Made by a program: the position numbers and the translations under genes. Below, one piece after another: positions 12,735 through 25,559 of a stretch of DNA of 64,000 nucleotides. Under the pieces are notes generated by a model. It was given only the letters and a program-made list of their open reading frames with translations, searched no databases and was not told the DNA's origin. The DNA is from Octopus vulgaris (Eukaryota). The DNA lies in NCBI GenBank assembly GCA_951406725.2, contig OX597833.1, forward strand, positions 41,664,001 to 41,728,000, given 5' to 3'. Within the stretch, counting starts at the first letter, position 1, and each line of letters starts with the position of its first letter.

Positions 12735-13898
12735 CAAGCATACCTCACCCTACATTGTTAATTGGTTCCAGGAGACATGAATCAAGTCAAAAAACAACTT
12801 GAGTCAAATTAACTTGTCTCTAGGCTAGGCTAGGCTGAATTTACTTGTCCCTAGGCTAAACCAATAATAACCATTCCCAGTTCTGTACTTTATTTATATG
12901 AGCTAAAATCTTGTCCTTATTATGTACAATCGTCGATACAGTTATCCAACTCATCCCAAAAGATTGTGCAATTGCTACCACGTTTTGAACTTTTTCATGG
13001 TGTTTTATCATGGCCAGTTTATCTTCCAGCGTTATAGCATGATGCTTAGCACTTTCACTATGAATTTTCTTAGGAGCCATGGGAGCAAAAAATAAAGTCA
13101 CAAATGAATGAGAAAGTAGCCGATAAACAAACATAAACAAATCTGAATTCAAAACAATTGCAGGAATCATGAGTGACAATGATGCCTAAAGGTAGATATT
13201 GGAACTGCAGTGCAATATCAGCTCTGAAAGACCAATAAATAAGACAACACAGCTGACTTCATGATTTAGTTCACTAAGCTACACTACTTTATGGTGTGTA
13301 TCTTAACATTTACTGTACATATTTTAATATGGTTTTATATGCTTGTATTCTTATTTACTGTACAGTAACATGATTTTATGTGCTTTTAACGGTTTTCTAG
13401 CGATTTTACAATTCCAATATTTGTGGCAGACAGATGTAAAGTTGAGTAAATGACTTCACTTGATTTTTATTTTTCCATATATTTTTTTTTGAAAAGTGAA
13501 GGTGCATGGCTCAGTGGTTAGAGTGTAGAGCATATGATTGTGTGTTCGATTCCTGGACCAGGCTGTGTGTTGTGTTCTTGAGCAAGACACTTTATTTCAG
13601 TTTGCTCCAGTTCACTCAGCTGTAGAAATGAGTTGCGATAGCACTGGTGCCAAGCTGTATCAGCCTTTGCCTTTCCCTTGGATAACATCAGTGGTGTGGG
13701 GAGAGGAGGCTGGTATGCATGGGCGACTGCTGGCCTTCCACAAACGATCTTGTCCTGACTTGTGCCTCGGAGGGTAACTTTCTAGGTGCAGTCCCATGGT
13801 CATTCATAACCGAAGGTGGGGTCTCCTCTTCGTTTTTGAAAACCAATGTATAATTCAGAACGACTTAATTCGAAACGACTTAAGCTGAGGTATGCCTG
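12735..13898 (-). mobile_element. Internally deleted pogo/Tigger DNA transposon in ASB intron 3
   Basis: TA-flanked TIRs ca(a/g)gcatacctca. MAPKK...ITLEDKLAMIK...TVSTIVHNKDKI is a CENP-B-type HTH N-terminus. Confidence 0.85.
13496..13825 (+). mobile_element. SINE family 4 copy nested in the Tigger element
   Basis: A box TGGCTCAGTGG and B box GTTCGATTCC. Confidence 0.8.
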
Positions 13899-13948
13899 TA
13901 TTCAACAATCAAACAAGAGGTTTTGAGAAAAAACTGAAACATCCTTAC

Positions 13949-14068
13949 CTGAAGAAACCAATAGCTTGATCATATCTAGTTTCTTGTCCTTGCAAGCTAA
14001 GAATAATGGATTGAAGTATTCTCGGACACCACTTTTGGATACCCAGCCCTGACAGTTGATGTTGGCTC
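13949..14068 (-). CDS. ASB-like protein exon 3 (ankyrin repeat)
   Basis: atag acceptor and gtaagg donor, 120 nt, phase 1-1. GANINCQGWVSKSGVREYFNPLFLACKDKKLDMIKLLVSSG. Confidence 0.88.
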
Positions 14069-14195
14069 CTATATTAAAAATAAAAAATTTTCTTTCTGAA
14101 TCATGGTATTATTATAAGAAATATTAAATTTCTAAATGTCTCAAAGAGACATGATCGGTGGTAGAGCGATAGAGTGGTTGTATACTGTCAACATA

Positions 14196-14406
14196 ACGTG
14201 ACAGTCCCGCATGGGAATTACACCACCGCTGTTTAGCCCTAGGAAGCATCGAACGCTTCCTGTCGGCTTTGACACATTTTCTGTGTCCTTTTGCCTCCCC
14301 TTCACAAAAATAAGGACACAGAAAATGTGTCAAAGCTGACAGGAAGCGTTCGATGCTTCCTAGGGCTAAACAGCGGTGGTATAATTCCCATACGAGACTG
14401 TCACGG
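14196..14406. mobile_element. Palindromic MITE (Tc1/mariner-pogo type, TA TSD)
   Basis: About 95-bp near-perfect inverted arms with a ~20-nt loop; TA on both sides; (c/a)cgtgacag termini. Confidence 0.82.
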
Positions 14407-14837
14407 TATTATTATTAACCTTTTATTCAGTTTATTTATGTTTGTTTTGTCTACATTATATACATCAGTGTTGTTGTTTAGTTCCCGGTGATCTCTAATT
14501 TAGTATACTCTGATCAAAAGTATTTCAGATGCATCCAACCTATTGTTTTTTTTGGTGGGGGGGGGATGTCAGACAATGGACAATAGTCTCTAATTTGTCC
14601 TTGCTTTTCTGAAACATAAAGGTATATTAAATAAAGAAGACTTGGCTTTTATTTTTAACATGTCAAGCAACTAAGTAAAGATTGTCTTTATCATCATTAC
14701 AATTTTCACTTTGGCCGTCGTATTTTTTTCCCATGAAAGGGGGATTTTGAACAGGTCTGCAACACAAGATTTTTTTTTCTTGAATCTCAGTTGTTTCTAT
14801 GAGTCCCAATATTCAAAAGTTTTTTTTTTATGAAATA

Positions 14838-15362
14838 CAGGGTAATTCAAAATTAATGGTACAAAAGGAAAACATACACGCGAGTGTTGTAATGAATATA
14901 TTGCAAAAATACAGATGTTCAATGTGAGCACCCTTTGCTACACAGCAGGTATCTACATGGAAGTCTAGTTTTTACTGCCCTCGTGCCAGCATAGCCTGAT
15001 CCATTGAGTCAACCACGTTGCCTATCTGCTACTTTAACTCTTGTAAGTCCAGTGGAAGTAGGGACACGAACATCTTGTCATTCAGATACTCCCAAAGGAA
15101 AAAGTTGCAAGGTGTTAGATCAGAAAACCTAGTGGGCCAGACCATCAATGGCAAATCATTCAACCCAGCATGGCCAATCCAGCATTCTGAAAGATGCTGG
15201 TTGAGGTAATTGTGTATGTGTCTATGCCTATGTGGCAGGGCCCAGTCTTGCTGCATAGTAAAGTTGAGTACCTCTTCTTCCAACTGGGACAACAACCAAA
15301 TGGACAGCATATCAAGGTAGATGCACCCTGTAACAGTGGACCATTCATTTTGAACTACCCTC
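14838..15362 (-). mobile_element. Deleted Tc1/mariner element, rosa (DD41D-group)-like
   Basis: TA-flanked TIRs agggta(a/g)ttcaaaat(t/g)aatggt. QQDWALPH...WIG...WPTRFSDLTPCNFFLW motif. Confidence 0.8.
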
Positions 15363-16371
15363 TATTTTGCATAACACCTACTTTTATCTATATTTACCTA
15401 GTGTAGTTTCTATTTTTAATTCACAAAACTTATTTCTGCAGTCAATATTTTATTACAAGTACACTACAACAATCATCTGTTCAACATTCACCTGCCAATG
15501 CCTTTGATGAGGACAACATACTTAACTCATTTTACTCTAGCTAGGTTTAACACATCACCAGCTGACACGCCGATGAGAGAGTGTCTATATGCAGTCGTTC
15601 AGCTGACAAGAAATAGCAGCCAAACCTCTGCCAAAACAAACCCTACTATCTTACAAAACTGACAACATATTAAATAACATAGTCCTAGATATACAAGAAG
15701 ACAAAGATGTTCGTGAATGGAATGCTTTTCACCACAATTCTGTTCATTCAAAGTTGATCTGGGTTAAGCAACACAACCACCAACTGATTCTTTGGTGCAT
15801 TTTGTAGAGTTCGCTCTGTTGTAGGCATCTTTTCCCTGTTGACAATAGCTTGCAGATGTTCAAGTTGGACAAGATGTTCACAGCAATCTCATTCTACAAG
15901 GACTACTTGCACAGTCCACCCCTACCTTCACCAGCTAACAATAGATAAATATATTATATACTGAGTACTCTACTAACAAAGAGCAAACTGCTTCTTTCCA
16001 ATACATTGAATAGTTCTTGCAATATCTTCATACTTCCCTCTCACTATACCTCCACTTCTAACTGTCCTTTCACTCCACCTCCACTTCAAACTCCCCTCTG
16101 ACTACACCTTAACTTCTGATTCCCCTTCTAAATACACCTCCATTTCTAATTCCTCTCTAACTACCCCTCCACTTCTAATTCCCCCCCTCACTATGGCTAA
16201 TAACAAATCTCGTCACAATCTACTGTCTTAATAAAAAAAGGCCATCTCTAAAAAGGTTGGCTATGGCTGTATTGCTATAGATCATGTGACTGCTTCATCA
16301 AGGCTGACCTCAGGCTAAACAATAGCAACAACAACTTATATTTGCTTGGAAAACTACAATTAAAAACTCAC

Positions 16372-16519
16372 CTTTGCTGATTAAATACTTGACAATATCC
16401 ACAATGCCACAGTGAACAGCATAGCAGAGGGGTGGCCATGTTGCACATTCTCCATCATCAGTCTTGATGTGAACAGGTTTGTTGAGGCTGCATACTCCAC
16501 CATTACACAAACTAACAAA
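16372..16519 (-). CDS. ASB-like protein exon 2 (ankyrin repeat)
   Basis: tag acceptor and gtgag donor, 148 nt. FVSLCNGG...WPPLCYAVHCGIVDIVKYLISKG has an ankyrin pattern. Confidence 0.85.
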
Positions 16520-18299
16520 CTATACAGATAAAGAAAACATTAGATTAAAATTTTTGGTCAAAATCGTACACAAATGTGTGTGTATCTCTGTGTCTATGTT
16601 TGTTCCCCATCCATTGCTTTACAACTGGTGTTGTTTTGTTTATGTCTCTGTATCTTAGAATTTCTGCAATAGATAACCTATTTTTTTTACTACCCGCAAG
16701 GGGCTAAATGCAGAGATGACAAACAAGGATAGACGAACTGATTAAGTCGATTATATTGACCCCATTGCGTAACTGGTACTTATTTAATTGCCCCCGAAAG
16801 GATGAAAGGCAAAGTCGACCTCGGCGGAATTTGAACTCAGAACGTAACAGCAGACGAAATACCGCAAAGCATTTCGCCCGGCATGCTAACGTTTCTGCCA
16901 GCTCGCCGGCATATGCATGCAATAGATAACCGGCACTCCATTGGTTACAATGATGAGGGTTCCAGTTGATCGGATCAGCAAAACAGCCTACTTGTGAAAT
17001 TAACATGCAAGGGGCTGAGCACTCCACAGATATAACGATAAACATCACCCTTTTCAAGGGTAACCAGACTCATGGGCTTGGTTTCCCAGTTTCTGTGGAG
17101 TATGTGTTCCCCCCAGCTGGATGGGACGCCAGTCCATCAACGCGTTACTCAAGAAACAGGAAGAGAGAGTGAGAGAGTTGTGGCGAAAGAGTACAACAGG
17201 GGTTGCCACCACCTCCTGCCAGAGCCACGTGGAGCTTTTTAGGTGTTTTCGCTCAATAAACACACAACACCTGATCTGGGAATCGAAATCGGGATCCTCC
17301 AACTGGGAGTCCGCTGCCCTAACCACTGGGCCATTGCACCGCCATACTCCACAGTTATGCATGTCCTTAATGTAGTTTTCAGGGAGATTCAGCATGACAC
17401 AGAATATGTCAAGGCTGGTCCTTTGAAATACAAGTACTACGCATTTTTGCCAGTTGAGTGAACTGAAGCAATGTGAAATAAAATGTTTTGCTCAAGGGCC
17501 CAACATGCCATCAGGGATCAAACTCACAACCTTATGATCACCAGTTTGATACTGCTAACCACTAAGCCATGTGCCTTCACTCAGCAATAGATACCAACAG
17601 AGTAAGTTCTGGACTAAAAAATTGAATACTGAGGTCAATTTGTTCAATTAAAGCCCTTGAAGATGATGGCCAGGTGCAGGTGTAGCAACATGGTTAAGAG
17701 CCTCATCTTGTAACCATGTAATTTCATGTTCAGCCCCTTTGCACAGCACCTTAGGCAAATGTACTATAGCTTGGACTGACCAATACCTTGTGAGTGGATC
17801 TGGTAGATGGAAACTGTGTGGAAGCCCAAACATGTGCACATACACATACATGCCAGGTTCACAGCTGTCCTGTTGCTACCCATGCCTCAAGTCAACACTC
17901 ACAGTTGACCCTCTTGCCACTCATACCTGTAGCAACTTCTTCCCTTTCCAGACATTACAGTATGTGGTGACCATCTAACTGAGACACACGTATTTTTTCT
18001 CTCAACATTTCTTTCATCTCCTCATCTTTTCTTTCTGTAGAAGAGCAAATACTCAAAATATAAAAGATTTTTTCCTTCTCTCGTTCCTGTGCATAAGCTT
18101 AATACACTGACTGTTTTTTGTTTTCATGTTTTTTTTTTAACTTTTGCACCTCTGCCACACATATATTTGTGCGTATGTATCTATGAATGTGCGTATCTTT
18201 GTACATTGTGTTTATCTCCCAGTCTTGTAAGAACACTGCCACTTAAGGTTTTTGTTGAATGGTTTCTCCAGGAGATATTCAGAACAACCCATCACATGT

Positions 18300-18785
18300 G
18301 AGTGTAAGTACCATCAAGTTGCCTCGAGAGATTTAGTGAGTCTTCCAAGCAGTAGACCTGTACCATAGCATTGATTCTACAGTCAGTGGTGCAGAAGCTC
18401 CTTTTAAGATCATTCATTCTAGATTACACTACAAACCATGAAAGACAGCCCATACTTTCGTAAGATAGAGTTTTATATCCTTTTTCTTTGGATGAATTGT
18501 TATTTCCCAGGAAAATGACAGAATTTACAGATTAAAAATTTTTCTTTTTAGTTGTTCTTTTTAAGCCTGGCTGATTATAACAGATATGTTCAGTTTTTGA
18601 GGCACTGACATATCTTCTGACCAATGTTTTCTGTCATTTTTCCAAAGTCATGTAGAACGTTTGTAACTTCTGAGATGGTATCTGTAAAAAGAGTAATATT
18701 ATCAGAATAATCTGAATCTCTTATTGTTGTACTAGACAATGAGAAGAGGTGGATTGTGTTAGAGTTCTTTAATTTTGTCATTTGA
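18300..18785 (-). pseudogene. Degraded RTE-type reverse transcriptase fragment
   Basis: DSDYSDNITLF resembles the DLDYADDIALL RT motif. Confidence 0.5.
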
Positions 18786-19740
18786 AGTATGAAAGTACCT
18801 GTCCCTACTATGATAAGTACAGATTTTTCTCAACTCGTAGAAAAATAAAATATAAAATTTCACTTTAGTGAGATGAGAATTAAGACTAAAAGAGGACTTG
18901 TAGAATGAGAGAATTTATTTGAGTCAGTCAACAGATGACTCTAGTGAAGATAATAATTTATGATTGTTAGCATAAACAGGTACAGGATTCAAATTTTGTG
19001 GACGGTATTGTTGATAAAATCATCCCAAGTAAAGTAATGGCACTTTAATATTGATCCTAGAGTGTTGAAAGCAAAGTTGAGCAGCAGAATTTAGACTCAA
19101 CATATAAAGCCACAACATTTTTGTGGCTCTGTACAGTCAATTAAGTTGATTTTACTACTTGAGAAGTACTTATTTTATGAATTCCAGATGAAAGGCAAAA
19201 TCAGTACCAGTGGGATTTGAATTCAGAGTCAGGCATTTTGTCCATAACTTCATCAATTCTGTCTCTGTCTATCCACTATCATTAAAAAAAAAAAAAAAAA
19301 ATTTTTTTTAGGCACAAGCCTATAGAAATTCGGTCAGGGCAATTAGTTAATTATATGAACCTCAGTACTTGACTTGTACTTTATTTTATGAGCTCTAGAA
19401 GGATGAGTGGCAAAGTTGATCTTACTGGCACTTGAACTCAGAACATAACTGGTTATAACTAAATATTACAAAGTATTTTTTCTGACACTCCTGCAATTCT
19501 ACCAATCCACTATTTTTTTTTTATTATGATAAAACTATAAAAATTATAACTAAAATGTAGCATATCAACAAATCCAATTGAATTCAATTTCATTGTCACT
19601 GAATACCACAAAATTCAATTGAGTTGAATAAATCATTACAAAAAACAGATTCTGAAAATGAAAACAGGCTTGTACTATCACATGTATATTACTCTGAATA
19701 CAGGACATTGAATATATGGACCAGTTTGTTTGATGTTAAT

Positions 19741-19772
<32 letters not shown>

Positions 19773-20152
19773 GGCGCAGGAGTGGCTGTGTGGTAAGTAG
19801 CTTGCTTACCAACAACACTGTTCCGGGTTCAGTCCCACTGCGTGGCACCTTGGGCAAGTGTCTTCTACTATAGCCTCAGGCCAACCAAATCCTTGTGAGT
19901 GGATTTGGTAGACGGAAACTGAAAGAAGCCCATCTTATATATATATATGTGTGGGTGTGTTTGTCCCCCCCCAACATCGCTTGACAACCGATGCTGGTGT
20001 GTTTACGTCCCCGTTACTTAGCGGTTCAGCAAAAGAGATCGATAGAATAAGTACTAGGCTTACAAAGAATAAGTCCTGGGGTCGATTTGCTAGACTAAAA
20101 AGGCGGTGCTCCAGCATAGCCACAGTCAAATGAATGAAACAAGTAAAAGAGT
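19773..20152 (+). mobile_element. SINE family 1 copy in ASB intron 1
   Basis: Full-length match, preceded by (TA)n. Confidence 0.88.
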
Positions 20153-20959
20153 ATTTATTCATTTATAACAAAGTGATTTTGTCTCTACAAGAGAGATTCT
20201 AGAAGTAAATTTGGTGGCAGCATTCATTAAAACGATGCAAAGATAGCCCTGGAAAAAAATTGCTGACACAAGTAGAGCAATTATTCTATGTGAATAGTTC
20301 TTTTTTACACAGACACAATGCCCCCTCATATCTATGAGAAGTGAGAATGTGTAATGTTCATACTTTTCTTATGGGCTTTAACTAGCTAAGGTCATAATCA
20401 AAACTTAACTGTTATACACACAAACAATCTGCAAAACATCTAAAATGCTTTCTGAGTAGCTAAACTCACTCACAAACACACTACAATTACACAGAACTTA
20501 CTCTCTATTGCTCCTTCTACTACAACTAGAATAAGTCTTGCTTTTCTAGTAAGCTGTTTAAACACCTAATACACTCATAGTATCCTCTTTGGTTATCCCT
20601 ATTCTGTCTCATTCTCAAAACTTTGTTCTAGTTTGTTATAAAATTGCAATTCCTTTGAACTTTATAATACTTCTCTGGTCCCATTTTCCTTTGCAAACAT
20701 CAACATGAATATATTCAAGCTGCACAAGAACCACAGTGAATTCTTTGCCATTTCGCATGTGCCTGTAATGTCAATAAGCATTTTCCCTACTCTATGGAAG
20801 AAAATACAAAAAAAAAAAATTAAGCCAAAAGCTCAATGAGCACTTTTGTTTTAAAGTATTCAACCATGCTGAATCACAGCTAACTCGAGCTAAACAACAA
20901 ATGACAACCAAAGTTTCTAGTTACTTTGATAAGTATTTACAAAGTAAGAAAACAGCACA

Positions 20960-21239
20960 GCTCCCATGACTTCAGGAAACATTTTTTCACGCTGAGAATT
21001 GCTGAAGCGTGGAACAAACTGCCGGCATCGGTTGTTAGTTGTCGGAGCACTGCATCCTTCAAGACTTCCATGCTTCCTGAGATTCGCCAACACTACACTT
21101 GATTTTCTCCCCTCCATACACACACAAGCATGTTCACTTTCCAGACATTTCTACATTACTGCATGTACTTTATATGCACTTTCTGACAAGTTGTGTTGCA
21201 CCTGAGCACTGTATACAATAATTTCATTATTATTATTAT
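20960..21239 (+). mobile_element. CR1/L2-type LINE 3' end
   Basis: Encodes SHDFRKHFFTLR...WNKLP; (TTA)n tail; homologous to 50480-50800. Confidence 0.75.
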
Positions 21240-22058
21240 ATAAATAAAAAAGAAACTTGTTGCAGCATAGATGTACGCGGGGGATTGTTAAAACTATTCA
21301 CCGGCGGTCACACAACACGAGTCCTTTAAATGGAAGTATGTTCATATGTTGTTTATATTATCAAATATATTGAAAATTATTTAAATTGGTATTTTTAGTT
21401 TCTTCCCCTAAAATCTCAGTTATTAAATAGACGCGTAATAACTATCAAAGCATTCATACACATAAAATCTCTAGTTCTTATTTCGAATATCTCACCAAAA
21501 AGAAACCCAGCAGATAGAGAACACTAATGTTAAACGGTTTTTCTTTTTCAAAAATGAGACCCACAAGTACTTTTTAAAGCCACCTCCGCCTCATAATTTT
21601 TTTTCATTGTTAATTTTGCTCTGAGAAACATTTTTTTACTTATTCAGATATGATCTACACAGAAGAAACTACCTAAAAATATAGACACTAATTTGTTGGA
21701 TCTATAGACCGAAATATTTTATGGCTCATAGTTTCAGCTATCTTTGGACATAATCTCTTATTAAACAGCAAACTGCATGCTGTTAGCATTTTTTTCTCTT
21801 TTAAATATATCTCATGGTTATCGATTTCTTGTTGCCTTCTTCAGAGAAAGAAATGAATACGTTTTGCGATATACCTTAATCTAAAGAAATTTGCAGTGTA
21901 TATATATATATATATATATATATAGTGGATATTAATTATAATTAATTATATTTTTTAATAATTGTTACATATTTAAATAATATAAATTAATCATATGTAT
22001 TGGCTTAAGTCTTTCATTGTTTGATTTGCCTAATAGTGGTTTTGTCTCTAATTTAATG

Positions 22059-22100
<42 letters not shown>

Positions 22101-22212
22101 GTATGTATACATATATTTATAATCGAACCCCGGTGCTTACTACGCAGGGCGTTCACCAAAAGGAAGGTATTTGACGAAATCGATTAGAATTTGATTAAAA
22201 CAAGTGAAGCAC

Positions 22213-22293
22213 CTGGTCCTCCTTGTCCCACGGCACTTCGGCAATTTTATCTTTCACGAATGAGGAAGCGACACAAAAGAAATTATTACTCAT
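22213..22293 (-). CDS. Ankyrin repeat and SOCS box (ASB-like) protein, probable exon 1
   Basis: ATG at 22293, 27 open codons MSNNFFCVASSFVKDKIAEVPWDKEDQ, CAG|gtgctt donor in phase 0 matching exon 2. Lies in a CpG-richer promoter-like zone. Confidence 0.6.
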
Positions 22294-22750
22294 TTAAAAG
22301 TTGACAAAAAATCACGAAAGGAGCAGGTAAAGGTAACAAGAATTAAATTAATGAAGTTGTGGTAATTTGAAGATCTTGAGAGTTGTAACAATACAATGAG
22401 GTTTTGGGGCCACGCTGCACAATTACCTGTTCCACGTCGTTTGTTGATATAGCGTTAAGTAAGCATCGTTGTTTACTCTGGGTCATTATCACCTGAAATG
22501 TCAACACTTGTTCGTGAGAATAACCATTTCTGAAGAGACAAGTTGCGCAATAAAGAACGATAACTCAAAGTTACTAAGCCTTTTCATCGATATGCTGTAA
22601 TTCTGGCTGATGTTGACCAAGTCGTTATAAAGCGAAAGGTAAATTCCCGGGAAAGTAGTTTCGATTCTCGATTAAATCCTTCATACTACTAATGACGTTC
22701 GGAAATGTTTTCAAATACTCTCAGAGCTGAGTAAAAACAAAATTTCGATT
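22294..22750 (-). promoter_or_regulatory. Putative ASB 5'UTR/promoter
   Basis: Unique-looking, CpG-retaining sequence directly upstream of the inferred ATG. Confidence 0.35.
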
Positions 22751-22771
22751 GAAATATATTTTCTTTCTCTT

Positions 22772-23188
22772 TCTCTTTTACTTGTTTCAGTCATTTGAAT
22801 TGTGGCCATGCTGGAGCATCGCCTTTAGTCGAGCAAATCGACCCCAGGACTTATTCTTTGTAAGCCTAGTACTTATTCTATCGGTTTCTTTTACCGAACC
22901 GTTAAGTTACAGGGACGTAAACACACCAGCATAGGTTATCAAGCGATGTTGGGGGGGGGGGGAACAAACACAGACATACAAACATATACACACACACATA
23001 CACACATATATATGTGCATATATTCGACGGGCTTCTTTCAATTTTCATCTACCAAATCCACTCACAAGGCTTTGGCCTGCCCGAGGCTATAGTAGAAGAC
23101 ACTTTCCCAAGGTGCCACGCAGTGGGACTGAACCCGGAACCATATGGTTCGTAAGCAAGCTACTTACCACACAGCCACTCCTACGCCT
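22772..23188 (-). mobile_element. SINE family 1 copy
   Basis: Full-length match. Confidence 0.88.
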
Positions 23189-23247
23189 ATATGATTATCA
23201 TAAAGCCATTTACTGTTGTAAATTCGTAAAACCATAACGGCAAACCT

Positions 23248-23615
23248 TGTGGATGGAAGCACTCCGTCGGTTACGACTACGAGGGTTCCGGTTGATCCGA
23301 TCAACGAAACAGCCTGCTCGTGAAATTAACGTGTAAGTGGCTGAGCACTCCACAGTTCTCGGGGATATTCAGCGTGACACAGAGAGTGACAAGGCCGGCC
23401 CTTTGAAATACAGGTACAACAGAAACAGGAAGTAAGAGTGAGAGAAAGTTGTGGTGAAAGAGTACAGCAGGGATCACCACCATCCCTGCCGGAGCCTCTT
23501 GGAGCTTTTAGGTGTTTTCGCTCAATAAACACTCACAACGCCCGGTCTGGGAATCGAAACCGCGATCCTACGACCGCGAGTCTGCTGCCCTAACCACTGA
23601 GCCATTGCGCCTCCA
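23248..23615 (-). mobile_element. SINE family 2 copy
   Basis: Matches 10537-10923; flanked by an imperfect direct repeat ggcaaacc(t/c)tgt. Confidence 0.87.
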
Positions 23616-23796
23616 CTGGCAAACCCTGTACTGCATGATTTACCGTATTTAGTCCTAAACGTCTCTACTCTAAATTCAAATTCCGCCGCCGAAATTGACT
23701 TCGCCTTCTGTTCCCACTGTGTCGATAAAATATTTGGTTTACGTTCTTCTTCAGCGTAACCCGAGAAACACGGTTCTCTTTGTATATATAAAAGTA

Positions 23797-24043
23797 GGTA
23801 CTACTTAAGAAGAGTGGTCCCGGTGCGCGCACTCGTGTACTCGCGCATCCGCACTAGCTAGTCGTGACTAGTCGATCCTTACTTTGCGTTTTTGTTTTAT
23901 TTATTTTGTTTTCAAAAAATTATTTTGTGTAAAAAATTATTTATTTTGTGTTTTATTTACTTTGCTAGGTAGTCGTAGGATCGACCAGTCACGACTAGCA
24001 AGCGCGAGTGCGCGCACTGGGACCACTGTTCTTAAGTAGTACC
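23797..24043. mobile_element. Merlin-like MITE
   Basis: GGTAC termini, long GC-rich TIRs and perfect 8-bp TSD taaaagta. Confidence 0.85.
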
Positions 24044-24469
24044 TAAAAGTAATATTGATTTCAAATTTTGGCGCAAGGCCAGAGGAGGGAGTAAGTCGTT
24101 TACACAGACCCCAGTGCTCAACTAGTACTCATTTTATCAACCCAGAAAGGATGACAAGTCGACCTCGGCAGAACTTGAACACGGAACAACGTAAAGGCGG
24201 ACGAAATGCCCGGCATCCTAACGAGTCCTACCAGCTTGTCGCCTTAAATATAAAAGTAGATATTAGGAATTATTAGTTACGTGCTGCTTGAATAAGTAAG
24301 GTAGTCAGTACCAGCCCACGCTTAATTATTAGATATGAGAAGGAATTGATTTTAAATTCATCATAGAAATGTTAACGTAAGGCCAAGCATAATTTCAATA
24401 AATGGCTAATATTTTGATATCAATTTCAGAGTGTTTTTTAACCTCAATCGGGCGGCGATAAAAATACAT

Positions 24470-25148
24470 GGATCTTTTCCTTTTGAACGGCACACAATTT
24501 CTTGTTAACTAAACACTTTAAAACTTCGTATACTGGTAGAATGTGTCAAAATAAAACATTTTTTCTCTTGGCTTTCTTGATAAAATTGTAATTCGTTTGT
24601 TTAACGTAGTTTGATTTTTCGAATTTTAACCAATGAATCGCCTCTAATTGAGCTAAAATCAGTTGCTGCGTCTAAAACTGAGACAACATCCTGTCACTAA
24701 CCCTAAACCTCACCCTAACCCTAATTTTTTTTTTCTTAATTGTTAAATTAATTTAATTGTTACGCGTGTAAATAAAAACGTACGGAAAGCGTGTATATAA
24801 AATTATAGAATTATTTTGTTTGTTAACTGTTTAAATTATTTTCCATTGCTTTCGTTTTTTTACATGCGTAACAATTAATAAAAAAAATTTAGGGTTAGGG
24901 TTAGGTTTAAGGTTAGTGACAGGATGTTGTCTCAGTTTTAGACGCAGCAAATGATTTTAGCTCAATGGAGGTAATCGATTGGTTAAAATTGCCAAAATGC
25001 TCGAAATATTTTACAAACTATAGAATTTTCTCAATAAAACCAAGAGAAAACGATGTTTTATAAACATATTCTACCAGTATACGAAGTTTAAAACTTTTTA
25101 GTTACCTAGAAATTATGTTACAAAGTGCCGTTCAAAAGGAAAAGATCC
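24470..25148. mobile_element. GGATC-ended fold-back MITE with inverted telomeric repeats
   Basis: TIR ggatcttttccttttgaacggcac; perfect 8-bp TSD aaatacat; long inverted arms. Confidence 0.9.
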
Positions 25149-25559
25149 AAATACATCAACCTCAACAGTCGCGGGAGGGCCTACCTACCAAGGGTCATGT
25201 GATCGCAATGCAGTGAATGAAGCCCCCAGTATACAGAACATATAATGACATGAGACAGTGTAATTGTAGTGTGAGGAGTGTACACTTGTGTGTGCACTTC
25301 ATGCGTAATATTTCAGGTCCTAATACCATTAAGTCACAGCTTAAGGAGTTGATTTCTTTTGTGAAATTTTCTGTGGACAAGAACCTTTAACAATTTTATT
25401 TTGAGAAGAAAAAAGATGTAAATATCTGTTCATTTGATAATGAAATTGGATAAATTTAAATAGCTTGGTAAGAATTACTTTAATGAACTCAGTTATACAG
25501 AATTGAGAATTGTCTTAACTAAATGAAATACAATTTATCTTTCTGTGTGTGTGTGTGTT

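Noticed and set aside
20502-20791. Possible extra ASB exon with minus-strand acceptor and gtaagt donor
   Set aside because: A stop falls in the frame needed to join exon 2; it could only be non-coding or a poison exon, and there is no evidence for that.
22121-22160. B-box-like GGTTCGATT on the minus strand
   Set aside because: No A box or cloverleaf recognisable.
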